Of a DNA stretch of 64,000 bases, positions 37,342 to 47,014 are shown piece by piece (the stretch's first letter is position 1; each line of letters starts with the position of its first letter). This DNA is from Myxococcales bacterium (GTDB taxonomy: Bacteria; Myxococcota_A; Polyangia; Fen-1088). The notes beneath the pieces are model-generated. The model was not told the DNA's origin, ran no database searches, and saw only the letters and a list, made by a program, of their open reading frames with translations. The stretch is from the NCBI GenBank assembly GCA_025350815.1, contig JANXXE010000218.1, positions 19,574-83,573 on the forward strand. Reading direction: 5' to 3'. The translations under genes were made by a program, and so were the position numbers.

Positions 37342-38181
37342 TCACTTCTTGCTGGTACTGGTCGCGGCCCCGCCCTGCGGCGCGAGAACGTTCACGCGAA
37401 ATTCGATATCGGGCTTGTCTTCCATGTTGGTGGCAATGCTGCCTTTTTCGTAGCCAACTGCGGTGACGATCGTGGCCTTACCCTCGCCGGCAATGAACGT
37501 GTGACTGGAGCGTACAGCGAACTTGTAGCCACGGAGATAACTAAACACGCCGAAGCCATTGCCCTGGTACACCAGTTGAACCGTCAGCGTGTGCGAGCCC
37601 GGCTGGATGGCGCCGTTGTACACGTCGAACTCGGTCATCTCGGACAGCTTCCCGGTGTCCTCCGCCTTGGAGAAGATCTGAACCCCATCGAGCGCGTAGA
37701 CGACCTTGATCAGGCGGAACGAATTGCTCATCTCGTTCTTGTGGCGAATCACGCCGCGCGAAGCGCCGATGACACCGCCCAAAACCGTTTCCTTAAGAAC
37801 GTTCAGGCGCAGCTTGGTGCGAAAGACCTGCTCTTTGAGCTCGTTCACGCTGCGCTCAAGGGAACGGAGTCGGATGATGTAGGCACCAGCGTCGCTGCCC
37901 GCCCCGCCGGCGGCAGGCGGCCCCGCGGGTGGCGGGGCCCCGGTGGCAGAAGGTGGCGCAGCGCCGGGCGCCGGACTGGCGGTCGACGGGCCCGGTAGGC
38001 CCGACGGGGTGGCCGGAGCCGCGGCGGCAACCGCAGCAGTGACCGCAGGAGCGGCTCCAGCGGCGGAAGGAACGGCGGGGTTGGCGCCGGTATTGGCCTT
38101 GGGCGCTTGGCCGTAGGCAGTACTGGTGGCACCAAGGACGGTCATCAGTCCCAGCAGCCCCCAGGTTCGCAGCAGTCTCAT
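37342..38181 (-). CDS. secreted protein with Pro/Ala-rich linker and beta-rich C-terminal domain (first gene of operon)
   Basis: Start at the internal Met 38181, preceded by a GAGGGA ribosome-binding site. Signal MRLLRTWGLLGLMTVLGATSTAYGQ, then about 90 aa of P/A-rich sequence, a coiled coil, and a beta-strand-rich domain. Confidence 0.5.
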   Translation of the reverse strand: MRLLRTWGLLGLMTVLGATSTAYGQAPKANTGANPAVPSAAGAAPAVTAAVAAAAPATPSGLPGPSTASPAPGAAPPSATGAPPPAGPPAAGGAGSDAGAYIIRLRSLERSVNELKEQVFRTKLRLNVLKETVLGGVIGASRGVIRHKNEMSNSFRLIKVVYALDGVQIFSKAEDTGKLSEMTEFDVYNGAIQPGSHTLTVQLVYQGNGFGVFSYLRGYKFAVRSSHTFIAGEGKATIVTAVGYEKGSIATNMEDKPDIEFRVNVLAPQGGAATSTSKK

Positions 38182-38247
38182 TATGGCAGCTCCCTCTCGG
38201 CGTCTAGGGGCATATGCCTCGCCCACAGAGTCTTTGTGAACGTCATC

Positions 38248-38277
38248 TGTATACCAGGGGCTTTCAACGCGAGTCAA
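38248..38277 (-). promoter_or_regulatory. candidate sigma70-type promoter of the TPR/Glt-like operon
   Basis: Minus strand reads TTGACT-18 nt-TATACA about 65 nt upstream of the 38181 start codon. It lies in a 275-bp intergenic region of lower GC and overlaps one copy of a duplicated motif. Confidence 0.3.
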
Positions 38278-38456
38278 AAGTTCCATGCACTCGATCCGCC
38301 TGGATCCGCTTGGCACGTGCCCGTCGCCAGGGTCATCTGTATCACGCTGGCTTTCCAGTCAGCTTTGCAGGCCAGCTTTCCAGCTTTCCCAACCCAACCT
38401 TGGACGCGGCAACTTTTCACGAGGCCGGCATCTTATCACAGCTTAAGGGGAATTCT

Positions 38457-39530
<1,074 letters not shown>

Positions 39531-39593
39531 TTACCAGCGCGACCGGACCGACACTGCGGGTCCCTGGCGTCGCACGAGGCTTGCCCCTTCGGG

Positions 39594-39854
39594 CTAGGCC
39601 TCGAGCTTGGCGTCTACTTTGACGGTCTGACGAGCGCCAGAGTGGCCGTAGCGAACCGTCCCCTCTTTGAGCGCGAACAGCGTGAAGTCGCGACCCATGC
39701 CCACGTTCATACCCGGGTGAAACACCGTCCCGACCTGGCGCACCAGGATGTTTCCAGCCAGCACGTGCTCACCGCCGAAACGCTTGACGCCCCGACGCTG
39801 ACCCTGAGAGTCGCGTCCATTGCGGGAACTTCCTTGGCCTTTTTTGTGAGCCAT
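39594..39854 (-). CDS. rpmA: 50S ribosomal protein L27
   Basis: [29 protein letters not shown]... is canonical L27. Confidence 0.95.
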   Translation of the reverse strand: MAHKKGQGSSRNGRDSQGQRRGVKRFGGEHVLAGNILVRQVGTVFHPGMNVGMGRDFTLFALKEGTVRYGHSGARQTVKVDAKLEA

Positions 39855-39859
39855 GAGCC

Positions 39860-40180
39860 TTAGGCCTTCGCCCCGGAGATGGCCGTGATCTTCAGCGCAG
39901 TGAAGGGCTGACGGTGGCCGGTCTTGCGGCGGTAACTCTTTCGCCGCTTGTATTTGAAGATGATGATCTTCTTGCCCAGGCCCTGTTCCAGGACCTCGGC
40001 CTCGACCTTCATACCCGGGACGTGGGGACGTCCTAGGGTCACGCCACCGCCGTCGTCGGCGAACATAAGTGGGTCAAACGTCAGCTTATCCCCAGCAGAC
40101 GCAGGCAGCTTCTCCACGCGCAGGGTTTCCCCTTCGGCCACGCGGTACTGCTTTCCTCCGGTTTCGATAACGGCATACAT
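39860..40180 (-). CDS. rplU: 50S ribosomal protein L21
   Basis: [25 protein letters not shown]... is canonical L21. The start is taken at the MYAVI Met rather than the upstream in-frame ATG. Confidence 0.9.
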   Translation of the reverse strand: MYAVIETGGKQYRVAEGETLRVEKLPASAGDKLTFDPLMFADDGGGVTLGRPHVPGMKVEAEVLEQGLGKKIIIFKYKRRKSYRRKTGHRQPFTALKITAISGAKA

Positions 40181-40257
40181 GGTTCTTGGCTCCAAGCGAG
40201 TCGGCTAATTTAGAACAGCCTACGTCCCTGTCAAGCACTTCCTGGGAAACTGGGAAA

Positions 40258-40671
40258 CTATCCCTTTCGGGCCCGGGCGCCTGGCTTGGTCTTGGCGGCG
40301 CGGCGGTCGGCGCGGTACTTCGCAATCTGGTCCTTCGCCACACCCTTGTGGCTGCTGCACACCATTCCAAAGATGGGCGCGGCGACATTCTTGCAGCCGG
40401 GGACCGGACAGAATTGCTTGGGTCGCCTTCGCCTCGGTGCGCGGCGCGCTGCCGGAACAGAAACCGCCGATGAAATGCCGGGGCGGTTTTTTGGCGGGCG
40501 ACCACGCCGGCGTGGAAGTCCGAGTGCCCCGCCAGCGCCCAGCGCAGACAGCAGAGCCGCCTGCACCCTTTCAGTGGCCCGTATTTGGACGGCAACTGCA
40601 AGCCGGGTCACGAAACCGTCGACCAGGATTCTTAGATCGGAATTGAGGCCGCCCGCGTTGCGGTTTGTCAT
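40258..40671 (-). CDS. hypothetical small basic protein with AT-hook (RRGRPPK) and C-terminal CxxC..C..H cluster
   Basis: Only the 3' half has high third-position GC. The N-terminal half is doubtful and the true start may be internal. Confidence 0.25.
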   Translation of the reverse strand: MTNRNAGGLNSDLRILVDGFVTRLAVAVQIRATERVQAALLSALGAGGALGLPRRRGRPPKNRPGISSAVSVPAARRAPRRRRPKQFCPVPGCKNVAAPIFGMVCSSHKGVAKDQIAKYRADRRAAKTKPGARARKG

Positions 40672-40839
40672 TGGATGCCCGGGAGAATGGTGCGACTACC
40701 TTTTGAAGTAAAGGCATTTTGCGGACGGGTCGCACTGCTTTTGCTTGACCGCCATCGTTGCGCGAACGATAGATCGGCCTCGGACATGGCTGCCTCAGAG
40801 CAATTGCCCCCGGCGGGCATTTCAAAAGTCGTTTCGAAC

Positions 40840-42942
40840 ATGAACGGTGGAGATCTGCGCGCCCAGCTTTCCCGTTATTCCGATATCGCCTTGGCGGCGC
40901 TGGTCGTTGGCATCGTCGGGATGATGATCATTCCGCTGCCGACCTTCTTGCTGGATCTGTTGATTTCTCTGAACATCGCCGTTTCCGTCACGTTGCTGCT
41001 TATTGCCATTTACGTGAGCGATGCGCTGAAGATAGCCACGTTCCCGTCGCTGTTGCTTATTACGACCTTGTTTCGCCTGGCACTGGAGGTGTCCGCGACG
41101 CGGCTGATCCTTCTGAAGGCCGATGGGGGCGAGGTCATTCACGCCTTCGGCAATTTTGTCGTTGCCGGAAATCTGGTCGTCGGTGGGGTTATCTTCTTTA
41201 TCTTGACGATCATCCAATTCGTGGTGATTTCGAAAGGCGCCGAACGCGTGGCCGAGGTCGGGGCGCGCTTCACCCTGGATGCGATGCCCGGAAAGCAGAT
41301 GTCCATCGACGCGGAGCTGCGCGGGGGGCACATCGACCACCACGAGGCGCGGCGGCGGCGGGCCCTGTTGACGCGAGAATCGCAATTCTTTGGCGCCATG
41401 GACGGCGCGATGAAGTTCGTGAAGGGCGATGCGATCGCCGGCGTGGTGGTGTTGGTCACCAATATCGTGGGCGGCCTGATCATTGGTATGGTTCAGCGCG
41501 GCCTGGACGCGGGCGCCGCTGCGCGGACGTATACCGTGTTGACGATCGGCGAAGGCCTGGTCGCGCAGATTCCGGCACTTATCATCTCGACCGCGGCCGG
41601 TATTATTGTCACGCGCGTGTCGTCGGAGGAGGAAGGCGGACATCTGGGCCGGGACATCGGCCTGCAGATCCTTGGCCAACCGAAGGCGCTGGGGATCGCA
41701 GGAGCCCTGTTGTTGGCAATGGCACTGGTGCCGGGTCTTCCCACTGTGCCGTTTCTGTTGCTGGGGCTGGTCCTGTGTTTTGTGGCTTATCAACTGCCGA
41801 CCCTGGGCCGAGACCCGTCGTCAGCCACTTCGGACGATACGTCACAGGGTGGCGCCGCCGCCCGCGGCCCTGCGACGCGCGATGGGGCAGCGGGCCGGTC
41901 AGAAGCGCTACCCTTGCTGGCGCCCATCGCGATCGAACTGGCCGGCCCCCTGGCGGACGAGGTACTGGCGGGCGCAGGCGGGGCACGTCTGTTGCGCGAG
42001 GTCATTCCGGCGCTGCGCGAGCGATACTTTGCCGAGACCGGTATCGTCCTGCCTGCGGTCAGACTGCGACCCATCGTTGGTGCGCTGAACGACGGTGGCT
42101 TCGTGATTCGTCTGAACGAGGTGCCGATGGCCAGGGGCGAGGTCGTCCCGGGTGGGGGGCTGACCTTCGAAACCCCCGCGCGGTTGGCGGCAGCGAACGT
42201 GCCGTCGAGGACCACCGTGTATCCGGACGGGACGGCGGCAGCGTGGATTGCACGGGAAGATCTGGCGGCGGCGCGGGTGAACGGCATCGCGGTCCTCGGG
42301 ACTGAGGAATTCATCGCCGCCCATTTGTTGCAACTGGTGCGGCGTTACGGCCATGAGTTCGTCGGCGTCCAGGAAGCGCAGGCTTTGCTCGACGGGATCG
42401 AAAAGACCCAGCCGGCCCTGGTACGGGAAGTCGTTCCCAAGCTGGTCTCGCCCATCTTGCTGGCCGATGTCTTGCGGCGCCTTGCCGAGGAGCGCGTGTC
42501 GCTGCGCGACCTGCGAGAGATTCTGGGGGCGCTGGCGCAATGGGCACCGCACGAACGAGATCCGGTGGCGCTGACGGAACACGTGCGGGCGGCTTTGCGC
42601 AGGCAAATCACCCACCAGTATGCCGGCGCGGCCGGGACGCTGGGGGTGTTCATGCTGGACCCAGTTATCGAGGACACGGTTCGAGAGGCGATTCACAAGA
42701 CGGCCTCGGGAAGTTACCTTGCGCTAGAGCCAGGGCTGGCGCGCGACATCGTAATGGCCGTGCGCCGGGCGATCCCGGCCAGCAACAGCATGCCGGTCCT
42801 GGTGACGAATGCCGACATCCGCCGTTATGTGAAACGCCTGGTCGAAGGTGAGCTGCCCGGCTTGGCCGTGCTGTCGTTCCAGGAGCTGTCGCCCGAGACG
42901 CAGCTGCAGCCTCTGGGCCGGGTCAGCGTCGCGGAGGCGTGA
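40840..42942 (+). CDS. FHIPEP-family export-gate protein (FlhA / SctV homolog)
   Basis: Start at the MNGGDLRAQLSRYSDIALAA Met. Eight TM helices with ...FPSLLLITTLFRLALEVSATRLIL... and the FHIPEP signature GARFTLDAMPGKQMSIDAEL. Large C-terminal cytoplasmic domain. Confidence 0.85.
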   Translation: MNGGDLRAQLSRYSDIALAALVVGIVGMMIIPLPTFLLDLLISLNIAVSVTLLLIAIYVSDALKIATFPSLLLITTLFRLALEVSATRLILLKADGGEVIHAFGNFVVAGNLVVGGVIFFILTIIQFVVISKGAERVAEVGARFTLDAMPGKQMSIDAELRGGHIDHHEARRRRALLTRESQFFGAMDGAMKFVKGDAIAGVVVLVTNIVGGLIIGMVQRGLDAGAAARTYTVLTIGEGLVAQIPALIISTAAGIIVTRVSSEEEGGHLGRDIGLQILGQPKALGIAGALLLAMALVPGLPTVPFLLLGLVLCFVAYQLPTLGRDPSSATSDDTSQGGAAARGPATRDGAAGRSEALPLLAPIAIELAGPLADEVLAGAGGARLLREVIPALRERYFAETGIVLPAVRLRPIVGALNDGGFVIRLNEVPMARGEVVPGGGLTFETPARLAAANVPSRTTVYPDGTAAAWIAREDLAAARVNGIAVLGTEEFIAAHLLQLVRRYGHEFVGVQEAQALLDGIEKTQPALVREVVPKLVSPILLADVLRRLAEERVSLRDLREILGALAQWAPHERDPVALTEHVRAALRRQITHQYAGAAGTLGVFMLDPVIEDTVREAIHKTASGSYLALEPGLARDIVMAVRRAIPASNSMPVLVTNADIRRYVKRLVEGELPGLAVLSFQELSPETQLQPLGRVSVAEA

Positions 42943-42973
42943 CAGCCGTTCACCGGGCGCTATAGTCGCGCGC

Positions 42974-45778
42974 ATGTCGACATCGCGAAGCCGGGGCAGC
43001 GCCCTGTTGCTGTGCACGTTTCTGGCCATGGGCTGCGCCGCAAGCGCGCTGCCCGACAAACCCATCCTCAAGGACTACGAGCTAGCGCAACGGGATTTTC
43101 CCCTCAAAAGCGGTCTGCGGGTTCTGGTCCAGGAAGACCACAGCGCCCCGGTGGTGGTCGTCGCCGCCATGTACGCCGTCGGTAGCACGTCCGACCCCAA
43201 GGGACTGGAAGGTCTGGCCCATTTCATCGAGCACCTGGCGTTCCGTTCGCGCCCCGGCGGCGGCCCCGAGCTGATGCACGTCATCGACCGGATGGGCGGC
43301 TTTCGCAACGCCTTCACCACCCTGGACAAAACTGTCTATTTCACGATGGCCCACAAGGACCATCTGAACGAGCTGATGCAGTTGGAGGCTTGGCGCCTGG
43401 CCCGTACGGTCGATGGCGTGACGCCCGAGGTCTTCGCCACCGAGCGCGAGGTGGTGCGCAACGAGCTGCGCCTGGGCAATGAAACCAATCTGCGCGGCAA
43501 GCTGTTCGACAAGGTGTTGGCGCAGTTGTTTCCCGCCGGGCATCCCTTTTCGCGTCCTGTGATCGGTTCGCACGAATCGCTGTCGGCGGCCAAGTTGGAA
43601 GACGCGCGGGCCTTCATCAAGAAGGACTACACGCCCGACAACTGCACCATCGTGATCTCGGGCGACGTCAACGCCGACGAGGTGCAGAAATTGCTGGGCC
43701 AGTGGCCGGCCGAGATCTTGTTTGGTCCTGCGGGCCCCGACGGCCCGGCTGTACAGCCGCGCCAGCGCTATGGCGAGCGCCCCGTGCCCGCGGTGCCGCC
43801 GCCGGTTAATCGAGCGCTGGTCAAGGACAAGGGACCGATCGAACAGCCGATTCTGGTGCTGGGTTGGTCGGCGCCGGCCGCATACCGCGGCAACGACGAA
43901 CTTTTGAGCTTCGTCTCTACCCGACTGAATCTGGCGCTGCAGGAGGTCTATGCAAACTCGGACATCTATGTCGATGACGATATAGAGAGTGTCGGGGCGT
44001 TTGCCGATCCGCTGGCCGAGGCGACGGTGGTTTATGTGGTGGCGAACCTCAAGCCGGGGGCGGATCCCGAGAAGGCCCGGCAGCGCGTGCTGGACACGCT
44101 GGTCAACGCCTGGACGACCGAGCTTGGCCGTCTGGACGTCGAGGTCACACGGTGGTTTGCGGCCACTGATCTGTTGCTGGCGGTGGCCGAACCTTTCGAC
44201 AAGGCCGTGTCGCTGGTGCAGCACCTGGGGGCGACGGGCCACCCGGCCTTCTTCAAGGATTCACTGGAAGGCCTGGCCGCCGTGAAGAATTCGCAGGTGA
44301 TGGAATTCGCAGCCAAGTGGATCACGCGCGAGCGCGCCGTGGCCGTGTACTTCGAGCCCGAATCGGATTTCGTGCCCAAAGTAGTAGGCGGGTCGGGCGC
44401 GGCCAGGGCGCCAGCTAAAACAGGCGCCAGCACCGCCGAACACCAGATCGGCGGCGAACAGGCGACGGTGACCGAGGATCTGGGCGCCGACAAGATTCGC
44501 CTGGTGACGCCGTCGCCGGATCTGGCGCGATTTCCTTCCTTCAAGTTGACCAATGGTCTGGAGGTCTTTGCCATCCCACACGGGCTGGCGCCGGTCGCCC
44601 AGATTCACCTGGGTATTCGCGGCGGCAATGCGACGGTCAAACCGTTTGGCCTGGCGGGCCTGGCCAGCAATCTGTCGCGCAGCATGTGTCGCGAGCATGG
44701 GTCGTTGCTTGCCGTGGGCGGGCGCATGGGCTCGTTCACGGGACTGACCCGCAGCACCCACCGGGTCAACGTCATGTCCGGCAACCTGGCCAACGGCCTG
44801 GCGGTGCTGGGCGATCAGGTTCGGTGTCAGGAGGTCAGCGAGGAGTCTTTTTTGTTTCTCGGACGCATTCTTGAGATCAACAAGAAGGCCTACGACCGCA
44901 TCGCGAAGAAGCCGGAATTCGTCGCCAGCAAGCGTTTCTGGGCCGAGCTTTATCCGGGGCACGCCTACGGCGAGCTGGCGATGAACCCCGAAGCGCTGAA
45001 GGGCGTGACCCGCGAGGAGGCGGCGGCGTACGTCAGCAGCCACTACAAGCCCGAGAACGCCGTGGCGGTGGTGACCGGCGACGTCGAGGCCGGCGAGGTC
45101 AAGGCGCTGGCCGAGCGCTACCTGGCGACGTGGAAGAGCGGCGGTGGCGGGTCGGCGGCGGTGGCCGCAATTCCCCCTGGGCCGGCCGGCCGCAAGGTGT
45201 TCTTGATTGAACGACCGAAGGCCACGCAGGCCACGATCCAGATTGGCTGCCGGATTCCTGCCTTGCGGCCAGAATGGCTGCCCGCGCACGACGTGCTGGA
45301 AGCGATGGCCAACGATCACGCCTGGAAGCTGCGCGAACAGCTGGGCGCCACGTACGGAATCTACGCGGGGATCACGGGACACCCGGGCGGGGCGGCCGAC
45401 CTTACGTTCGGGGGCGCCGTCGTGAACCCGCTGGTTGGCGAGGTGGTGGCGAAGCTTCTGGGGTTCATCGAAGACGCCGAACGCGGGCACCTGGACGAAG
45501 GGTGGTTTCTCAGCCAGCGCTGGGACGTGGCGAGAAAATTCGCACTGACCTTTGCCACCAGCGACGGGATTGCATCGGGCATATTGCAGGCCGCCGACCT
45601 GGGATTCGCCCCGGATGTCTGGAACCAGTACCCGGACAACCTGGCGAAGACCACGCGTGAAACCCTGGCAAGTGTGGTTGCGGGGTGCGCCGGCAAGGAG
45701 ATTGTGACCGTCGTCGGCGATCCCGTCGTGATCCGGCCGCAACTGGAGAAGGCCGGATTGAAGCTGGAGACGGAGTGA
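42974..45778 (+). CDS. M16-family zinc metallopeptidase (pitrilysin-like, tandem M16 units), lipoprotein signal
   Basis: Signal LLLCTFLAMGCAAS. Inverted zinc motif HFIEH...E in the first unit. A second inactive-type M16 pair follows. Confidence 0.8.
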   Translation: MSTSRSRGSALLLCTFLAMGCAASALPDKPILKDYELAQRDFPLKSGLRVLVQEDHSAPVVVVAAMYAVGSTSDPKGLEGLAHFIEHLAFRSRPGGGPELMHVIDRMGGFRNAFTTLDKTVYFTMAHKDHLNELMQLEAWRLARTVDGVTPEVFATEREVVRNELRLGNETNLRGKLFDKVLAQLFPAGHPFSRPVIGSHESLSAAKLEDARAFIKKDYTPDNCTIVISGDVNADEVQKLLGQWPAEILFGPAGPDGPAVQPRQRYGERPVPAVPPPVNRALVKDKGPIEQPILVLGWSAPAAYRGNDELLSFVSTRLNLALQEVYANSDIYVDDDIESVGAFADPLAEATVVYVVANLKPGADPEKARQRVLDTLVNAWTTELGRLDVEVTRWFAATDLLLAVAEPFDKAVSLVQHLGATGHPAFFKDSLEGLAAVKNSQVMEFAAKWITRERAVAVYFEPESDFVPKVVGGSGAARAPAKTGASTAEHQIGGEQATVTEDLGADKIRLVTPSPDLARFPSFKLTNGLEVFAIPHGLAPVAQIHLGIRGGNATVKPFGLAGLASNLSRSMCREHGSLLAVGGRMGSFTGLTRSTHRVNVMSGNLANGLAVLGDQVRCQEVSEESFLFLGRILEINKKAYDRIAKKPEFVASKRFWAELYPGHAYGELAMNPEALKGVTREEAAAYVSSHYKPENAVAVVTGDVEAGEVKALAERYLATWKSGGGGSAAVAAIPPGPAGRKVFLIERPKATQATIQIGCRIPALRPEWLPAHDVLEAMANDHAWKLREQLGATYGIYAGITGHPGGAADLTFGGAVVNPLVGEVVAKLLGFIEDAERGHLDEGWFLSQRWDVARKFALTFATSDGIASGILQAADLGFAPDVWNQYPDNLAKTTRETLASVVAGCAGKEIVTVVGDPVVIRPQLEKAGLKLETE

Positions 45779-47013
45779 GCGCGCCGATCCCGCCGTCGAA
45801 GGACGCGCGGCGAGGCATCACGCTGGCGGTGATCGTCGCGGCATTGGGATATTTCGTCGACATTTACGACCTGCTGCTGTTCAGCATCGTGCGCATCAAA
45901 AGCCTGCAGAGCCTGGGCCTGTCCGGAACCGATTTGCTGGAAAAGGGCGGGCAGATCTTGAACTGGCAAATGGCCGGCATGCTTCTTGGGGGCGTGCTGT
46001 GGGGCATGATCGGCGACAAGCGGGGGCGGCTGTCGGTGCTGTTCGGGTCGATCATCCTGTACTCGACGGCCAACATTGCGAACGGGTTGATCCACAGCTT
46101 CGAGGCATATCGAACGGTGCGATTTGTCGCGGGCATCGGTCTTGCCGGGGAACTGGGCGCCGGGATCACGCTGGTCAGCGAGTTGATGACGAAGGAGTCG
46201 CGCGGCTACGGCACCGCGATCGTCGCGACGGTCGGAATTTTGGGCGCCATCGCCGCGTCATTGGTAACCGATCTTGTCCCGTGGCGAACCGCTTACTTTA
46301 TCGGCGGCGGCCTTGGCGTCGCGCTGTTGCTGCTGCGGGTGGGCGTGATGGAATCCGGAATCTTCGAGCAGGTGAAGCTTCAGGCCGTGGCCCGGGGCAA
46401 CTTCTTCAGTCTGTTTGCCACGCGCGCGCGGGCGCGGCGTTATCTGGGCGTGATCCTGATTGGCGTGCCCATCTGGTACGTGATCGCGATCCTGATTTCC
46501 TTTTCGCCTGAACTGGGCAAGGCGATGGGCATGAAGGAGATCCCCAGCGCCTCCCGGGCCGTGCTGTTTTCGTATACGGGCCTGGCCTTCGGTGACATCG
46601 GCAGCGGTTTGCTGAGCCAGCTGTTTCATTCGCGCAAGAAGATTGTCGGGGTCTTCATCTTTTTGACCGCGCTGTTTGTCGCCGCGTATTTTCTGGTCGC
46701 CGCCTCGTCGCTGACGGCGTTCTATTCCGTCTGCGTGGGCCTGGGCGTGGCGACAGGCTACTGGGCCGTCTTCGTGACCACCGCCAGCGAGCAGTTCGGA
46801 ACCAACATTCGCGCCACTGTCACGACGACGGCACCCAACTTTGTTCGGGGCGCGGTGGTTCCGATGAACCTGGCCTTTCAGGCGGGCAAGGCCACGCTGG
46901 GCGTGACCGGCAGCGCGATGCTGGTGGGGGCAGTGACAATCGTCATGGCAGCCCTGGCCCTGACGGCGTTTGACGACACCTACGGCAAGGATCTGAACTT
47001 TCTGGAATCGTGA
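45775..47013 (+). CDS. MFS transporter
   Basis: GTG at 45775 gives a GTGA overlap. Twelve predicted TM helices. MFS motif A-like GDKRGRL between TM2 and TM3. Confidence 0.75.
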   Translation: MSAPIPPSKDARRGITLAVIVAALGYFVDIYDLLLFSIVRIKSLQSLGLSGTDLLEKGGQILNWQMAGMLLGGVLWGMIGDKRGRLSVLFGSIILYSTANIANGLIHSFEAYRTVRFVAGIGLAGELGAGITLVSELMTKESRGYGTAIVATVGILGAIAASLVTDLVPWRTAYFIGGGLGVALLLLRVGVMESGIFEQVKLQAVARGNFFSLFATRARARRYLGVILIGVPIWYVIAILISFSPELGKAMGMKEIPSASRAVLFSYTGLAFGDIGSGLLSQLFHSRKKIVGVFIFLTALFVAAYFLVAASSLTAFYSVCVGLGVATGYWAVFVTTASEQFGTNIRATVTTTAPNFVRGAVVPMNLAFQAGKATLGVTGSAMLVGAVTIVMAALALTAFDDTYGKDLNFLES

Positions 47014-47014
47014 T

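Noticed and set aside
38311-38328. TGGCACGTGCCCGTCGCC resembling a sigma54 -24 element
   Set aside because: No GC/TTGC -12 element at the correct spacing. It is also on the strand opposite to the downstream operon.
39575-39603. Inverted repeat cgaggc...gcctcg around the rpmA stop codon as a possible terminator
   Set aside because: It spans the stop codon rather than following it, has no U-run, and obg follows within the same conserved operon.
43082-45742. 386-aa and 493-aa minus-strand ORFs opposite the M16 peptidase
   Set aside because: Antisense to a gene with an unmistakable HxxEH M16 signature. Low-complexity translations.
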